A model generated the notes under the pieces. That model was not told the origin of the DNA, made no database searches, and saw only the letters and a program-made list of their open reading frames with translations. A stretch of 64,000 bases of DNA. Source: Diadema antillarum (lineage: Eukaryota). The translations under genes were made by a program, and so were the position numbers. Of the stretch, positions 13,195 to 24,275 are shown piece after piece (positions within the stretch are counted from its first letter, which is position 1; every line of letters starts with the position of its first letter). The DNA is taken from contig NW_027271020.1 of assembly GCF_040938485.1 (NCBI RefSeq), forward strand, positions 2,852,001-2,916,000, written 5' to 3'.

Positions 13195-15590
13195 GTTGAA
13201 CAGTACTTCTCACTCCTTCTCCCAGGCAACGATGCCAAGCTTTTTTGAGCAGTGGCCAGTTTTTGGTGGAAGGTCTTGTCAAGCTAGCAAGAGGAAAGCC
13301 TTCAGAAACCACAGTCAAGCTGTTGAGATTGCTGGGAGAACTCATGCGGAAAACTGATGTGGATTCATGAGACTTGGAGCAATCATCAAATAGTGTACCA
13401 CCAGACCTGGTAGCAGTCAGGGTATGCACAATACTATAGGTTTTGAAAGCCTTTTTTTATGTTCTAGATGTCTATCCATCCAATATCGTTTCTTGTGTAT
13501 CATGCCGCAAGTTGAAAACAATCATCTGTGAATGAAACTTGGTAAGGCTATGTAAATCCAGGGGGCGTTCCACAAAACTTGTCATTGGTGACAACTGTTA
13601 TAAGTAGCTGAAATCTTTGCATCTGACAATACATTTTATCAAACGTTTCCCTGGAGTCGATGAGGGTCATGAGGTCAATAATCAATGGTCAGGAGCCCTT
13701 CATTATGAAAAATAAATGCAGGAAATATCTTGTGACTTTGATTTTTCAAAGGCAGATGAATGGATTTCACCAAACTCAATTGTAATATAAAAGTTCACAG
13801 TCACAAATCAATGTAATGTAATTTTGTTATTTTGGAGATGCTGATGAAATAAAGAAGAGTTTTTTTTCTTGTTTTTTTTTAAAGAAGTCACACAACAACC
13901 CATGGGTTCATCCTACATGAATGATCATATATTTTACTTAATGCTCCCTGATTATGCAGTGCAATTCACTGATAACTTCTGTTGATACCTGGATACTTTG
14001 TTAATGAGTCATAGAATAACATGCATTTCTTACAACACAGCATAGAGTGTAAGTAACCTGCAAATCCTTCTTGTACTCTATCTGCTTCCACCTGTGAACC
14101 AGGGCGCAAGGATTGTGCAAGATTGCTGTGGCTTTGGCTATAGACTACCTTATCCGATTTCAAAAGGTAAGTCTACATGACTGTAAGGTTTGTTCAAATA
14201 TGATGCGACAAACCCCCTGACATTTTTAGTGTTCAGATATGGTGCGCCGAACCACGCCACTTTCATTATGTCAATGAATGCACATGACTCAAAAAAAAAA
14301 TAAGATAAAGATAAACTCATGACATTGTATCTTCACTTACTTTTGAGCTTGATTGCACCATAACTTCTTGCCACTGTGTGGCAAAATATATTCCTCTTGC
14401 CTCAGTGTTTTTGTTTTGTTTTGTTGCATTTTGATCTGTTTATTTGTTTGTTTTTTACCATCTCATATCGCATTGATTTGTGCACTAAAATGTTGCCGGA
14501 GTTTGACTCATCATATCTGAACAAGCCTTTATGAGTCATTTTGGACAGGCAATTAGAACTCACAGTACTTTGGTATTCTGAAAATGAAATTGATTTTTAG
14601 GAGTTTAATTGATTTTGCATTTTCTACTTTCTATGATCTGTTTTTGTATTAGAAAAGAAATTAGAGGTCAAGGGAAATTTTCTGGTTTTTTTTTTGTGTT
14701 GTTGGACTATGTAATTTATTAAGATCACTTGCTTTTCAATGTTTCACAGGTTAACTTTTTTTTTTGGATGTTGTGAATATTTTTGCGCACTTGCCTTTGT
14801 CAGGGTTATGTCCTGATGTCGACGAGAACTTTTCTCGTGAATGCTTCAAAGACGATCCTTGAACTTTAAAGATTGTCTTCCCCATATGTAGGCTAAAATT
14901 TTGAAGTTGCTTTTTGATCAGTCACGAATAAGAGAAAAGTGATAAATTTCAAAGCTTCTTTAAGAAAAAATAGGTATAAGTGAGTTTTAATTCTGAAATT
15001 ATAGTGATCTTTAAGTAAAATGGAATAAGATCCATTTATTATCCTCTGCCAAGAAGTGGTGCCTGAATTGTTATGGTTTTGAGTAGTCCATCCCTCTGTG
15101 TGTGTGATAGCTTGAAATCTGTTAAAATAATCATAAATGTGAATAAAATGTGTTAAGCCTATGTATGACTGAGTCTATCAAATTGCATTATGGAATCGAA
15201 ATAAAGGTCACAGTCAAATTTGTCTAGTTTTTATTTGTAATAGATTCATACAATGTCTGTTTGTTTTTCATTGTTTCCTTACATTTTCAGCCTGATGCTA
15301 GTTTTGATCACCACTTGAAGAGGGAAAGCAGAAGAAGATGCAGCTCTTGATGCAGCTTGCTTGCTTGAAGATCAGAAGATGCAGCTTGCTTGACAGAGGA
15401 CGTCAGAAGGATAACATACATGTGTACCAATATTACTTCATTGTTGACCACTTGGTACTACCCTGCCCTGGTGATATCATTCAGAGTGCCTTCGACACAT
15501 TGTTCAAAGCACATTAAATATGTGTTTTGTCTACGGTATGCAAAACCTCTCATCAACCTTTGGACATTTGGAATTACCCCGAGTTCGTGA
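13195..15590 (+). pseudogene. Decayed 3-exon remnant of an EnSpm-associated second gene (SAMD3 C-terminus-like family)
   Basis: AG/GT-bounded segments at 13195-13421, 14041-14166 and 15291-~15590. With frameshifts they translate as VEQYFSLLLPGNDAKLF/EQWPVF..., ILLVLYLLPPVNQG/RKDCA/KIAVALAIDYLIRFQK and LLDRGRQKDNIHVYQYYFIVDHLVLPCPGDIIQSAFDTLFKAH/YVFCLRY. These match recalled motifs of animal EnSpm ORFs (LLPPxxQGRK; AFDxLFKAH.VF). Stops and frameshifts are present. Confidence 0.6.
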
Positions 15591-15617
15591 ACCAAGATCT
15601 AAACTTTCAAATAGATA

Positions 15618-15915
15618 ATGAAGTGATGCATTCTTTAGGAGTTCCCACTGAAACTGCTTTTTTTTTCACTGTTTGCCATACGAACATGGACTGAGTGATG
15701 GACAAACAATAAATTGCGCCCAGGGGGCCTGTGTATGGACATAATTTGATTCGTTCAATGGTTTTAGAAGACACTTGAAGAATCATCATTGTGACAATGA
15801 AACTGTGAAGATACTCCAAGTCCAGTTCTATGGAGGAACCGAGATAGAGACTGATGATACAAGTTGTATACAGTTGATGAAGCAGTACTCTCCATTAGTC
15901 GATGACAGTTTTTGA
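15618..15915 (+). pseudogene. Truncated transposase N-terminus with C2H2-type zinc finger
   Basis: The frame from 15667 reads HCLPYEHGLSDGQTINCAQGACVWT*FDSFNGFRRHLKNHH... (C-x4-C...FxxFxxFRRHL...H), typical of the N-terminus of animal EnSpm-like transposases. It has an in-frame stop and a frameshift after ATG 15618, and no catalytic core follows. Confidence 0.6.
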
Positions 15916-16009
15916 TGAGGAGGTGATTACCTTTAGTCCAGGGGACATTGAACAACGACCTTGTAATTTTTACATGTCCTAGTTTACATGTGTCAGTATG
16001 GAGTAATGC

Positions 16010-17243
16010 ATTACCATGGTAACATCAAATTTTCATAAAGATTACAAATACAGAATGTGGATCAAGCTACTCAGTTTTAAATCAATTCTGTTGAAATTCG
16101 ATTGTCCAGAAATCTGTTGCCATGGCAATTGCAGTTTTTAAACAAATCATACAAAATTGTGTGGATCACGCTGCTCTCTTAGTTTCTTTTTTTTTAAATT
16201 TAAATTTGAATTTAATACATATGGTCACTATGATAATATGTTATCGTGCAAGACACTTTTTGTGGGGGTCATAAATCCGTTTCCATGGCAACAGCATCTT
16301 CATACAAATCATCCACAAGTACGATGTGGATTCAGCTAACTTCCTCAGATTTTGAGCATTTGACTTTAAATTTGGCACATGTGACCACTGTATTATGTAC
16401 CTGTGCAAATTTTATTTTTCGTCATTGTCAAATAGTATGTTGTCAAGTTAATGGTATTTTGTAATGAGAATCGTATAAACTACAAGTGGATTGAGATTAC
16501 TCTCTCAATTTGTAGCAATAACCTTGAGATATGACACCTGTATATTGTGACAAGATAAATTCTAGATGTGCAAAACACTTTTCTCGTCAATGTTAAACAA
16601 TGCGTTGCCATGCTAACTTATTTTTTTTTAATACAAAGCAATCGAAGATATTGTGATTGACTCATAACTCCCTCATGTTTTAGGCATTTGACTTGAAATT
16701 TGGCACGTGACCACTGTAGTGCGCTAATGTGCAAATGTCATCTTTTGTATCGGTCAAAGAAAGTGTTATCATGGCAGTGACATTTTCAAATTAAAAACTT
16801 AGACAACAGATGATTATGCAATCTCCCTCAGTTTCTGAGCATCTGGCCTGAAATATTGCACAGAGTGCTAATGTAATGGCAACCATCTTTTAAAATGAAA
16901 ATCAAACAAAAAATACTGTGAATTGGGTGAGCTCCCTCAGTTTTCTAGCATTTGACTTGAGGTTTCGCTCATGTAACCAGTGTAATCTTAAAATGAGTCG
17001 CACACTGATCTCACAGTTGAGTAATCTTGCTATGGTAACAACTTTTGTTACATTGTACTTTTTTTTCAACAAAAGGCATACAAGAATATCATGAATTGAG
17101 CTAACTCTCTAAGTTTTAGGTGGGGGTATCAATAATATCCAATTCGAGTTGAAAATATTGGCCCAAGAAGGCCTTATGTGTGTCATTTGAATATTTAAAT
17201 GATCCGAATTTCACATGCTTGTATCATCACTTGCCATAGCATT
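16010..17243. repeat. Degenerate tandem repeat carrying GTTNCCATGGNAAC palindromes
   Basis: The unit motif CCCTCAGTTTT.AGCATTTGACTTGAAATTTGGCAC recurs at about 16340, 16665, 16821 and 16931. Eight degenerate GTTGCCATGGCAAC-type palindromes are present. Confidence 0.65.
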
Positions 17244-18770
17244 GATCAAAAGAAAGAGTATGATTTTTTTTATGTTAACATTTTACAACCAGACTGGATG
17301 ATCTATGTTGAATATTTGAATTATACAGCTGAGTAGACAATTCAATTTGAACATTTGAATGATAGAGCCAAGAAGATATAATACTAGTATCAATTTCATT
17401 TGAAAATTCAACTTGATAGTGCCAAGAAGGCCAAAGGTATTCAGAGTGAGTATTTAAATTTGATATTTTAGCCTACAATAACCATAATGTATCTCATTTG
17501 CATAGATAATCAAAGAACCAACTGACAGGGTCAAAGGTATTCCATTTTGATACTTATATTGTAGAGATGAGGCTTTCATTACATGTAATAGAATTATTGT
17601 GTTTTGTTGTGACAGACAGAATTTATTAAATATTTTGATCAACCTAGTAGCACGTGACTGTCTTTCACCTACTTACATTACTGTTTTATTTTGTGCGATT
17701 GAATGTGGAGAGTGTGAAATGATGTCGAGGTATCGACACTTCAAATTGTTAATAAGTTGGCATCACTTGGAATTTATTTCTCACTCTGAAGCGTTGAATC
17801 AACACTTCTGTGGTGTCAAATAAACACCAAATAATGCAAACTTATAACACTTTGAAGTGTTAGAATAACACCATGACAGGTGTTGGGGGTATAGATTCTA
17901 ACAACAAATAGTGTTGAAGTTACACCGTCATTGGTGTTAAAGGGTGTCAAAAGAACACCAAAGTGGTGTCAACTTATCAATAATCTAAGCAACACCAAAG
18001 CTGGTGTTAGTATATTTTAACACCACGGGTGTTGAACCTACACCATAACTGGTGTTGGGATGTCAAATGAACACCATTATGGTGTCAACTTCTTAACACT
18101 CTCTTAAGTGTTGAAAAAACACCGAGGCTGGTGTTGGTATATTTTTACACCCTTTAACACCCATGGGTGTTGGATATTTTAACACCAGAGACGGTGTTAC
18201 TTCAACACCAGATGGTGTGGTCCTTTATTGAAGTTCGGCCGGTGTTAGATTCAACACCAGTGGTGTTAAATCTAACACCACTGTTTTTGCAGTGCGGGTC
18301 CTTTGGATCATAAGGCATAATTAACCCTTTTTTCTTTTCTTTTTTTTTTTGCGGGGACCGTTTTAACATGCTCGGTGTAATTAGATTGCCTTGATGTTGT
18401 CAGCAAAACTCTGGTTCCGAAAGGATGGAAAGGCTCGCCTGTGTCATACTTAATTCTGAAATGCTCATAGACTTGATGCGCAGGTCACCAAGTTCCCCTA
18501 CTGAGTGGGTTAAAACGGGGCTCCACTGAAGTCGGCTATGTAGCAAAGCATGTCAATATGTATGGGCCTACCGATAGACCAATTCGATTTGAGGTATGCC
18601 TAACAAAAGATAATTCATGCACTGTCATACCGACGCACCTAGCTTGTTTTTTTGTATCTTCTTTGGAAGTCCCCCAGTTATGGCCGCCAATTATAAAGTT
18701 ACATTAGTTCCGTGAAGTCGGATTCGTCTAGGCACCGATCACCCACCAGATGTACGGGCTCACACGCTAA

Positions 18771-19189
18771 GGCTGCGTTCACATAGAAGTATACTATTCG
18801 GGTATTCGGGCTCGTTTTTCGAGGGCACGCGAATAGCTTGAATCGAACGATAGGATTTCCTCACACCGGTTCACATAGGAGGGCACTATTCGAAAGTACC
18901 GAATAGCTGCGAATAGTATAGCAAAGTGGGAATCGAGCTTGTTCGATTTTCTTGCAACGTATACCGTCTCTCGTTTATGAAATAATGACACTTTTGGTCT
19001 GGATTTGCCCTTTAGCAAAAATAAGCATGTTGACTGACATTCTGATGCAGTTTAAAAATTGTTAATAAGATTTGCTGGGATGTAGGAGGAAGAAATCCTC
19101 ACTGCATGGGATGGCGAGTTGACGGTGCGGGTGATGGTGTACTCGGTGCCCGAATAGCGAATACCGAATACTTCTATGTGAACGCAGCC
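18771..19189. mobile_element. PIF/Harbinger-like MITE
   Basis: 22-bp perfect TIR GGCTGCGTTCACATAGAAGTAT and internal ATTCG/CGAAT repeats. Flanks are TAA (left) and TTA (right), or alternatively a TA duplication around AGGC...GCCT ends. Confidence 0.8.
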
Positions 19190-19786
19190 TTATAGCAATG
19201 ACTATTATAATCAGAAATAATGTTCAATGCTGTATTCTGTGAGACTCGCAAAATTAATTGCTGTTGTGAATTTGAGCAGGCATTAGTCAAGGTAAGGTGC
19301 ATGACAATTTGGCCTTGTGATACTCCCTTCAGCTGACTTTACCTGTTTACTGTTGTACTGTGCACTGTAAATTTCTGCAGCAGAGCCCACAGGGTGCAGA
19401 CAAATAAAAACAAGATAAAGGGAGAAAATCCACAATTTCATTAATACATCATAATAGAGCAAACTGTTCCAGAATTATTTTGTAGGCCTTTGCATGATAT
19501 GTCGGCAGATTTCAACAAACATTTTAGAAGTCGGAAATCCTTCGTCATCGTCCACTTTCGTCATTAAATTTCGCGTGTAGAACGTGGACTTCGACGTGAT
19601 TACGTCAATTCATGATACATGTACTGGGCATGCTCCATATTCTCTGGCACGTCCACCGCCAGAATCGAGAACGCGTCCTCGAAGTTCTTCACGTCCTCCC
19701 AGACTGCGGACGGGCAGCGTGCGCAGCGTGTGCTGATTATGACGTCACCACATCCGTGGACTCGTACTTTCCGTCGACTAAATTAA

Positions 19787-20133
19787 AGGACAAGTCCAAC
19801 GTCATAGACATGTGAATTGAGTGAATGCAGCGATACTAGTATTAGTAGAGCACTTCAGTGAGGGTTTGAGGACAATTGGACAACCCGTTAAAAAGTTATG
19901 AACTTCTGAAGTTTCTGCTTAGTCACTGCTGAATGAGAAGACTACCACATTCTGTGATCATACTGATGGCACATGTGTTCAACGATATAAATATTTAAAA
20001 ACATAAAGAAAGTTCAACATTTTCACTTTTCTCGCATAATAAAGAAAAGCTTGACTTGCCTCTTTCAGAAGGCTGGGGAATAATATTACCCTTTACATAT
20101 ACGTCAGCGACAAGTCGAGGAAATGTGCACCTT
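19787..20133 (+). mobile_element. Partial copy of Kolobok-like family A
   Basis: Starts TTAA|AGGACAAGTCCA...CATGTG.ATTGAGTGAATG.AGC, collinear with 6220 onward; right end uncertain. Confidence 0.6.
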
Positions 20134-21243
20134 TAAAAAGAATAAATCATGGCGGTATTTGTGCATGTGCTTGGTTTTACGCCTGAAATGTTCCATTTTT
20201 CTAATAAAGTAATTAGCTAATGCTTCTTCCCACGTGTGGTATAGTATTTTACAGGTTCTGAAGTACATGTACTTTAGTTTTCAGTGATTTGTCTTCCCAT
20301 GGCCTGTTCTTTGCGCACTCAATGCAATGTTTGCTGCAATCAGCATGGAAAGGAAGAACGAACAGCTGCATAGTTTTGTTTTGTTTTGTTTTTTTTAATT
20401 TAAGAAAGTGCGCTCGGTTGCGTATTGTATTGAAAGCCTGATCATTAGGTTTACATGCAATTTACAAAGAAGGGATTCTGGTGTCTTCTCCCTCTTTGCT
20501 GAAAACGAATGAAGATTATAGTCGTCGCCATGTCGTGATTCGATTTTTGTCGCTGTTATGTTGTTGTCGTTTTATGTTTGTCTTTTCACCCAGCACAAAT
20601 GTATCACTTATCATGAAGGAGGGAATATAGGGCCTATACAGTTATAATGGGGATTACCTTGCCTTGTACAGAGCTCTATAGGAAATGGAGGACATTGTGC
20701 TGGATTTTTAGAAACGCATTTCCGTATTTTCTGTATGAAAAAAGAAGATTTTTTGACGAACTCTGACCTGTACGCATTGTGAAACAAGAAAGAAAGTCTC
20801 AAAGGGTATTGTTGTCCTGCTATTCCGTGCAACGTCACGTTTATAGGCACACAGTTGAACCTGACGTACAAACCTGTAAACATTTTCGATTGTACTATAT
20901 ATAGTACACTCTGTGTCGTAAATGTTTACAGGTTTGTACCTTCATATCAGGCAACAAAAGGGCGTACGCTTGTACTTAAACATTTTGATTATCTAATGTC
21001 AATATACCTTGATGTGTTCTGTGTGGTACATGATTGTGAGTTTCATGGATAATGATGTCAAAATCGGGGCCGGAAAAAAAGAAAAGTTCCGCAACACACG
21101 ACAAAGCAAGCGTTCCTGTTGAACTGTATGAACCTTTGTGAAATTGTTCCGCAGGAAGGAAGGTTACACACTGATGTACATAATAGTGCAAGTTTGCGGC
21201 AAACCTGTAACTTCCTCCTGTAAGGGTAATCATTTTCTTATGC

Positions 21244-21245
<2 letters not shown>

Positions 21246-21275
<30 letters not shown>
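21246..21275. repeat. (TG)n microsatellite
   Basis: Seen directly. Confidence 0.9.
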
Positions 21276-21282
<7 letters not shown>

Positions 21283-21902
21283 CTTGCATCTACAATCAGA
21301 AGAGGTCAGGTTGAGTCTTAAGACAGTTTTTAATCAATGCATAATATATGAAACTATCTGTGTCGGAAAATTAACATCATAGTTATACCCGTGATCACCG
21401 AGACACATTAATCCCATTGTCTAAATGACTACGTGCAACCTGTAGACGTTCATGAAGCATTGATCAACGTAAATGCGCTGTGCTTCAGTTCAGGTGAATA
21501 AAGGAATATGACAATTACCAGAATTGCCAGAACTGCCAGGACATTAATAAAACAGCGCAGGCTGATATACTTACAGTGTATCGTGGTAAAGAATGTCATA
21601 AATATGTATGAAATAAAGGGAATAATTTCCCTTCTCGAAATCCAGTAGCAGTTTTATCGATAGGATTTAACACATATTTTGAACAAAAATGGCATACAAT
21701 TATTCTGTGTACTAAAGTTGCCACACAAATGATATTTTGTAGAGCAGTTGTGTCCAAAGTTCATCGGAAATTGCTACACAGCCATCCGCAGGAAGATTAT
21801 TCGCTGACATCATATGCTGTATAAGCCAATACGTAGGTTTACAGGTAATACAAATAACGGTTTATATTGCACCTGTCGATCCCTGAACCTTGGGCCTTTT
21901 AA

Positions 21903-22340
21903 AGGGGTAGTCTAGTTTTGGTTGAGGCCTAACTCCAGGTTTCTAAAAAAAAATAATTTATTTATTTATTTATTTATTTGGTTTTTTTTGGTGAGATGAT
22001 GAGAAACCTCTAATACAATGTGAAAAGGCATGTTATTCCAAGAAGAATTCAGCATTCTATTTGATGAAACTTGCTTCGGAAATTACTCAGATATCCAAAA
22101 GAGAGCAATCCTAATAAAAGATGGGACCTACCTTTTGTTACGATCGCTTTGTTTCATTTTATTATTGGATGAATCGGCAATTTCAAAACCGATTTCCGTT
22201 AGATAAACTTTGAATTCCTCTTAGAAAATAAGTTTAAATTCTTCTTAGAATAGTATGCTCTGTACTATTTCATAAGTGGTTTCTTGGTATCTCGCAAAAA
22301 GTTTTTTAAAGCCCAATTCTCATCTCCACCAATAGCGTAC
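21903..22340. mobile_element. Kolobok-like family B copy (degenerate)
   Basis: TTAA|AGGGGTAGTCTAG start; interior similar to the inverse of the 55476 and 58834 copies; right part ATTCTCATCTCCACCAATA is the inverse of the 55476 left end. Confidence 0.55.
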
Positions 22341-23401
22341 GTGAATTGACACCCGACCCAATATATGCAGCCGATGTTGAATACTGTGTGCAGTTTATGA
22401 TTATACTTCCATCTCTACGCTATTTACTCTTCCTTTCTGTTCCACTGCGTGAGAAATACAGTGTCTGTTCCTTTTGCTGACGTCACATCTCAAACCTAGT
22501 GGGAAAAATGCAAACACAGATATACGATTGTTTCCAATGTTGACTTTCATGAGAACGAACGAGAGAGAGAGAGAGAGAGGGGGGGGGGGGGCGGTGGGGG
22601 CAAAGAAGTGTATGCATGTACATGTACAAAAGCAAGGGTGGAAGAAGAAATGTAGACCAATTGATGGAAAGTAATGCAGTATTACGCATAAGTAGAGCAA
22701 ATTGACAAAGAGGTTGTACAGGTCAAGAGCATTGGACGTTGAATCATTTATAATGATGACTGTATGAACGATAATGAACGCCTGTTGTCGTGAAAAGTTG
22801 TACGCATATTGGTGGAGGGAAGTTCAAGTTTCTGAATAATCTTCATAACCCAATCTCTCACCGTGAGTGTTCTGTTGATATTTAAAGGCTGTTCGTATAT
22901 AGTTCCACATTGTGTACAGATAAAGGTTATTTGCCAGAATGGGCATGTTGCTTTTAAAGTAATGAAATGACTTTTCTCGTTATCCTGTTGAATACTGCTG
23001 CCAGCATGTTCACCAGACAGAAACAGTGTTCGTTAAATCCTATAGCTGACAGTGATAATTGGAAGAAAAAAATGTTATTTCCTTCAACGCAAAACAAGGG
23101 AAATGGATGTTTCCCCCAGATGTTAATTGATGCGCCTTTTCGTGTGACACCATGTCTACACAATTCGTTCTTATTTTCAAAATGAATTACATGAATCGTT
23201 ACGTCGAGCAAACTAATTATGCATCAAATCGCTCAGAAAAGTGTGTAGTGCCTAATGCAAACTAAGGGGAAAAAGCTAATTTCCGAAATAATTAATGCGC
23301 ATGCTGGCTTAGTAGGACCTGTGTCCTTTCAGAATTGTTCTCAATATGACCCAAAACACAAAAGGTGTTATCGTGTCTTCCCCGTTTCCACACGTCTGCA
23401 G

Positions 23402-23616
23402 ACTACACACGCTTTCAAGAACCCCTGCCGGAAGTGAAGGTGCCTGGCGAAGCTCCGCCCTCAATGGTTCCACCACCCACTTACGAGGGTCAGCAGCCCC
23501 CAGCTGGCTACGAACAGCCGGCTCCAGCTGCTTACCCGCCACAGCCCCCAGCTGGCTACGGGCAGCCGCAGGCGTTTGGCATGCAGCCTCAGCCCCAGCC
23601 TCACGTTTATGTGCAG
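23402..23616 (+). CDS. CD225/dispanin (PRRT1-like) gene, exon 2: Pro/Gln/Tyr-rich N-terminal domain
   Basis: Pyrimidine tract + CTGCAG acceptor, donor CAG|GTAATG. The 215 nt are open in phase 1: (D)YTRFQEPLPEVKVPGEAPPSMVPPPTYEGQQPPAGYEQP...HVYVQ. Confidence 0.85.
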
Positions 23617-24140
23617 GTAATGGTTTAAAACAAGGAGCCTATCGTGTTCCAGTTGATCATTTAGAAAAGCAGAATTTCAAGTAAATTACTCGTAAAACTG
23701 AATACCAAGCAGGGAGAAGAATACCAGGAATGATAATGATAATGGTAATGTTTTGAATGCGCAAGTAAACTTGCCTTCTCTCGTGACTCTTGTGACTTCA
23801 ACTGAAGTTTTACATTGTATTCAATGATTCCGCATTGTTGTAACACGGAGCAGTAGACAGTTTCATTCATGTGGTCTAATCAGAAAACAGTGTATGTCGT
23901 TTATTCTATGAGGAACAGATCTATTTTTGACAAATAACATATAATGCTTCACTATTAAATTTGAGTGTGGACTATTTTATAGAAACTCCCATAAATACAT
24001 TCAAGCGCTAGAAAAAAAAAAGTGGCTTCAAGACGCAAAACTTATGAGAAAGTCCCTGCCGGGTGAGTCAAGTTTGAAAGCAAGCTATAAAGAAAGAGAT
24101 TCCACGTCTAAAGAGCCATTGGCTGTTCTTTCTCTCGAAG

Positions 24141-24275
24141 GCGCCGGGCCAACAGATGATAACCCACGTGACCACGGCTGTCATCCCTCCCAGCGACTAC
24201 TTCGGACTGGCCCTATTCGTTACGATCTGCTGCTGCCTCCCGCTCGGCATTGTGGGATTGGTGAAGTCCAGTGAG
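24141..24275 (+). CDS. CD225/dispanin gene, exon 3 (start of CD225 domain)
   Basis: TTCTTTCTCTCGAAG| acceptor and GAG|GTAATT donor; 135 nt, phase 0. APGQQ...PPSDYFGLALFVTICCCLPLGIVGLVKSSE matches the CD225 signature (PxDY...CCxxPxGxxAxxxS). Confidence 0.92.

Larger units (their letters stand above)
11068..18294 (+). mobile_element. CMC/EnSpm (CACTA-type) DNA transposon, internally deleted and decayed, 7227 bp
   Basis: Ends CACTGCAAAAA / TTTTTGCAGTG, 2-bp TSD CG (11066-11067, 18295-18296), and dense AACACC/GGTGTT subterminal repeats at about 11080-11290 and 17810-18290. Removing the element restores the interrupted SINE head. Confidence 0.9.
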
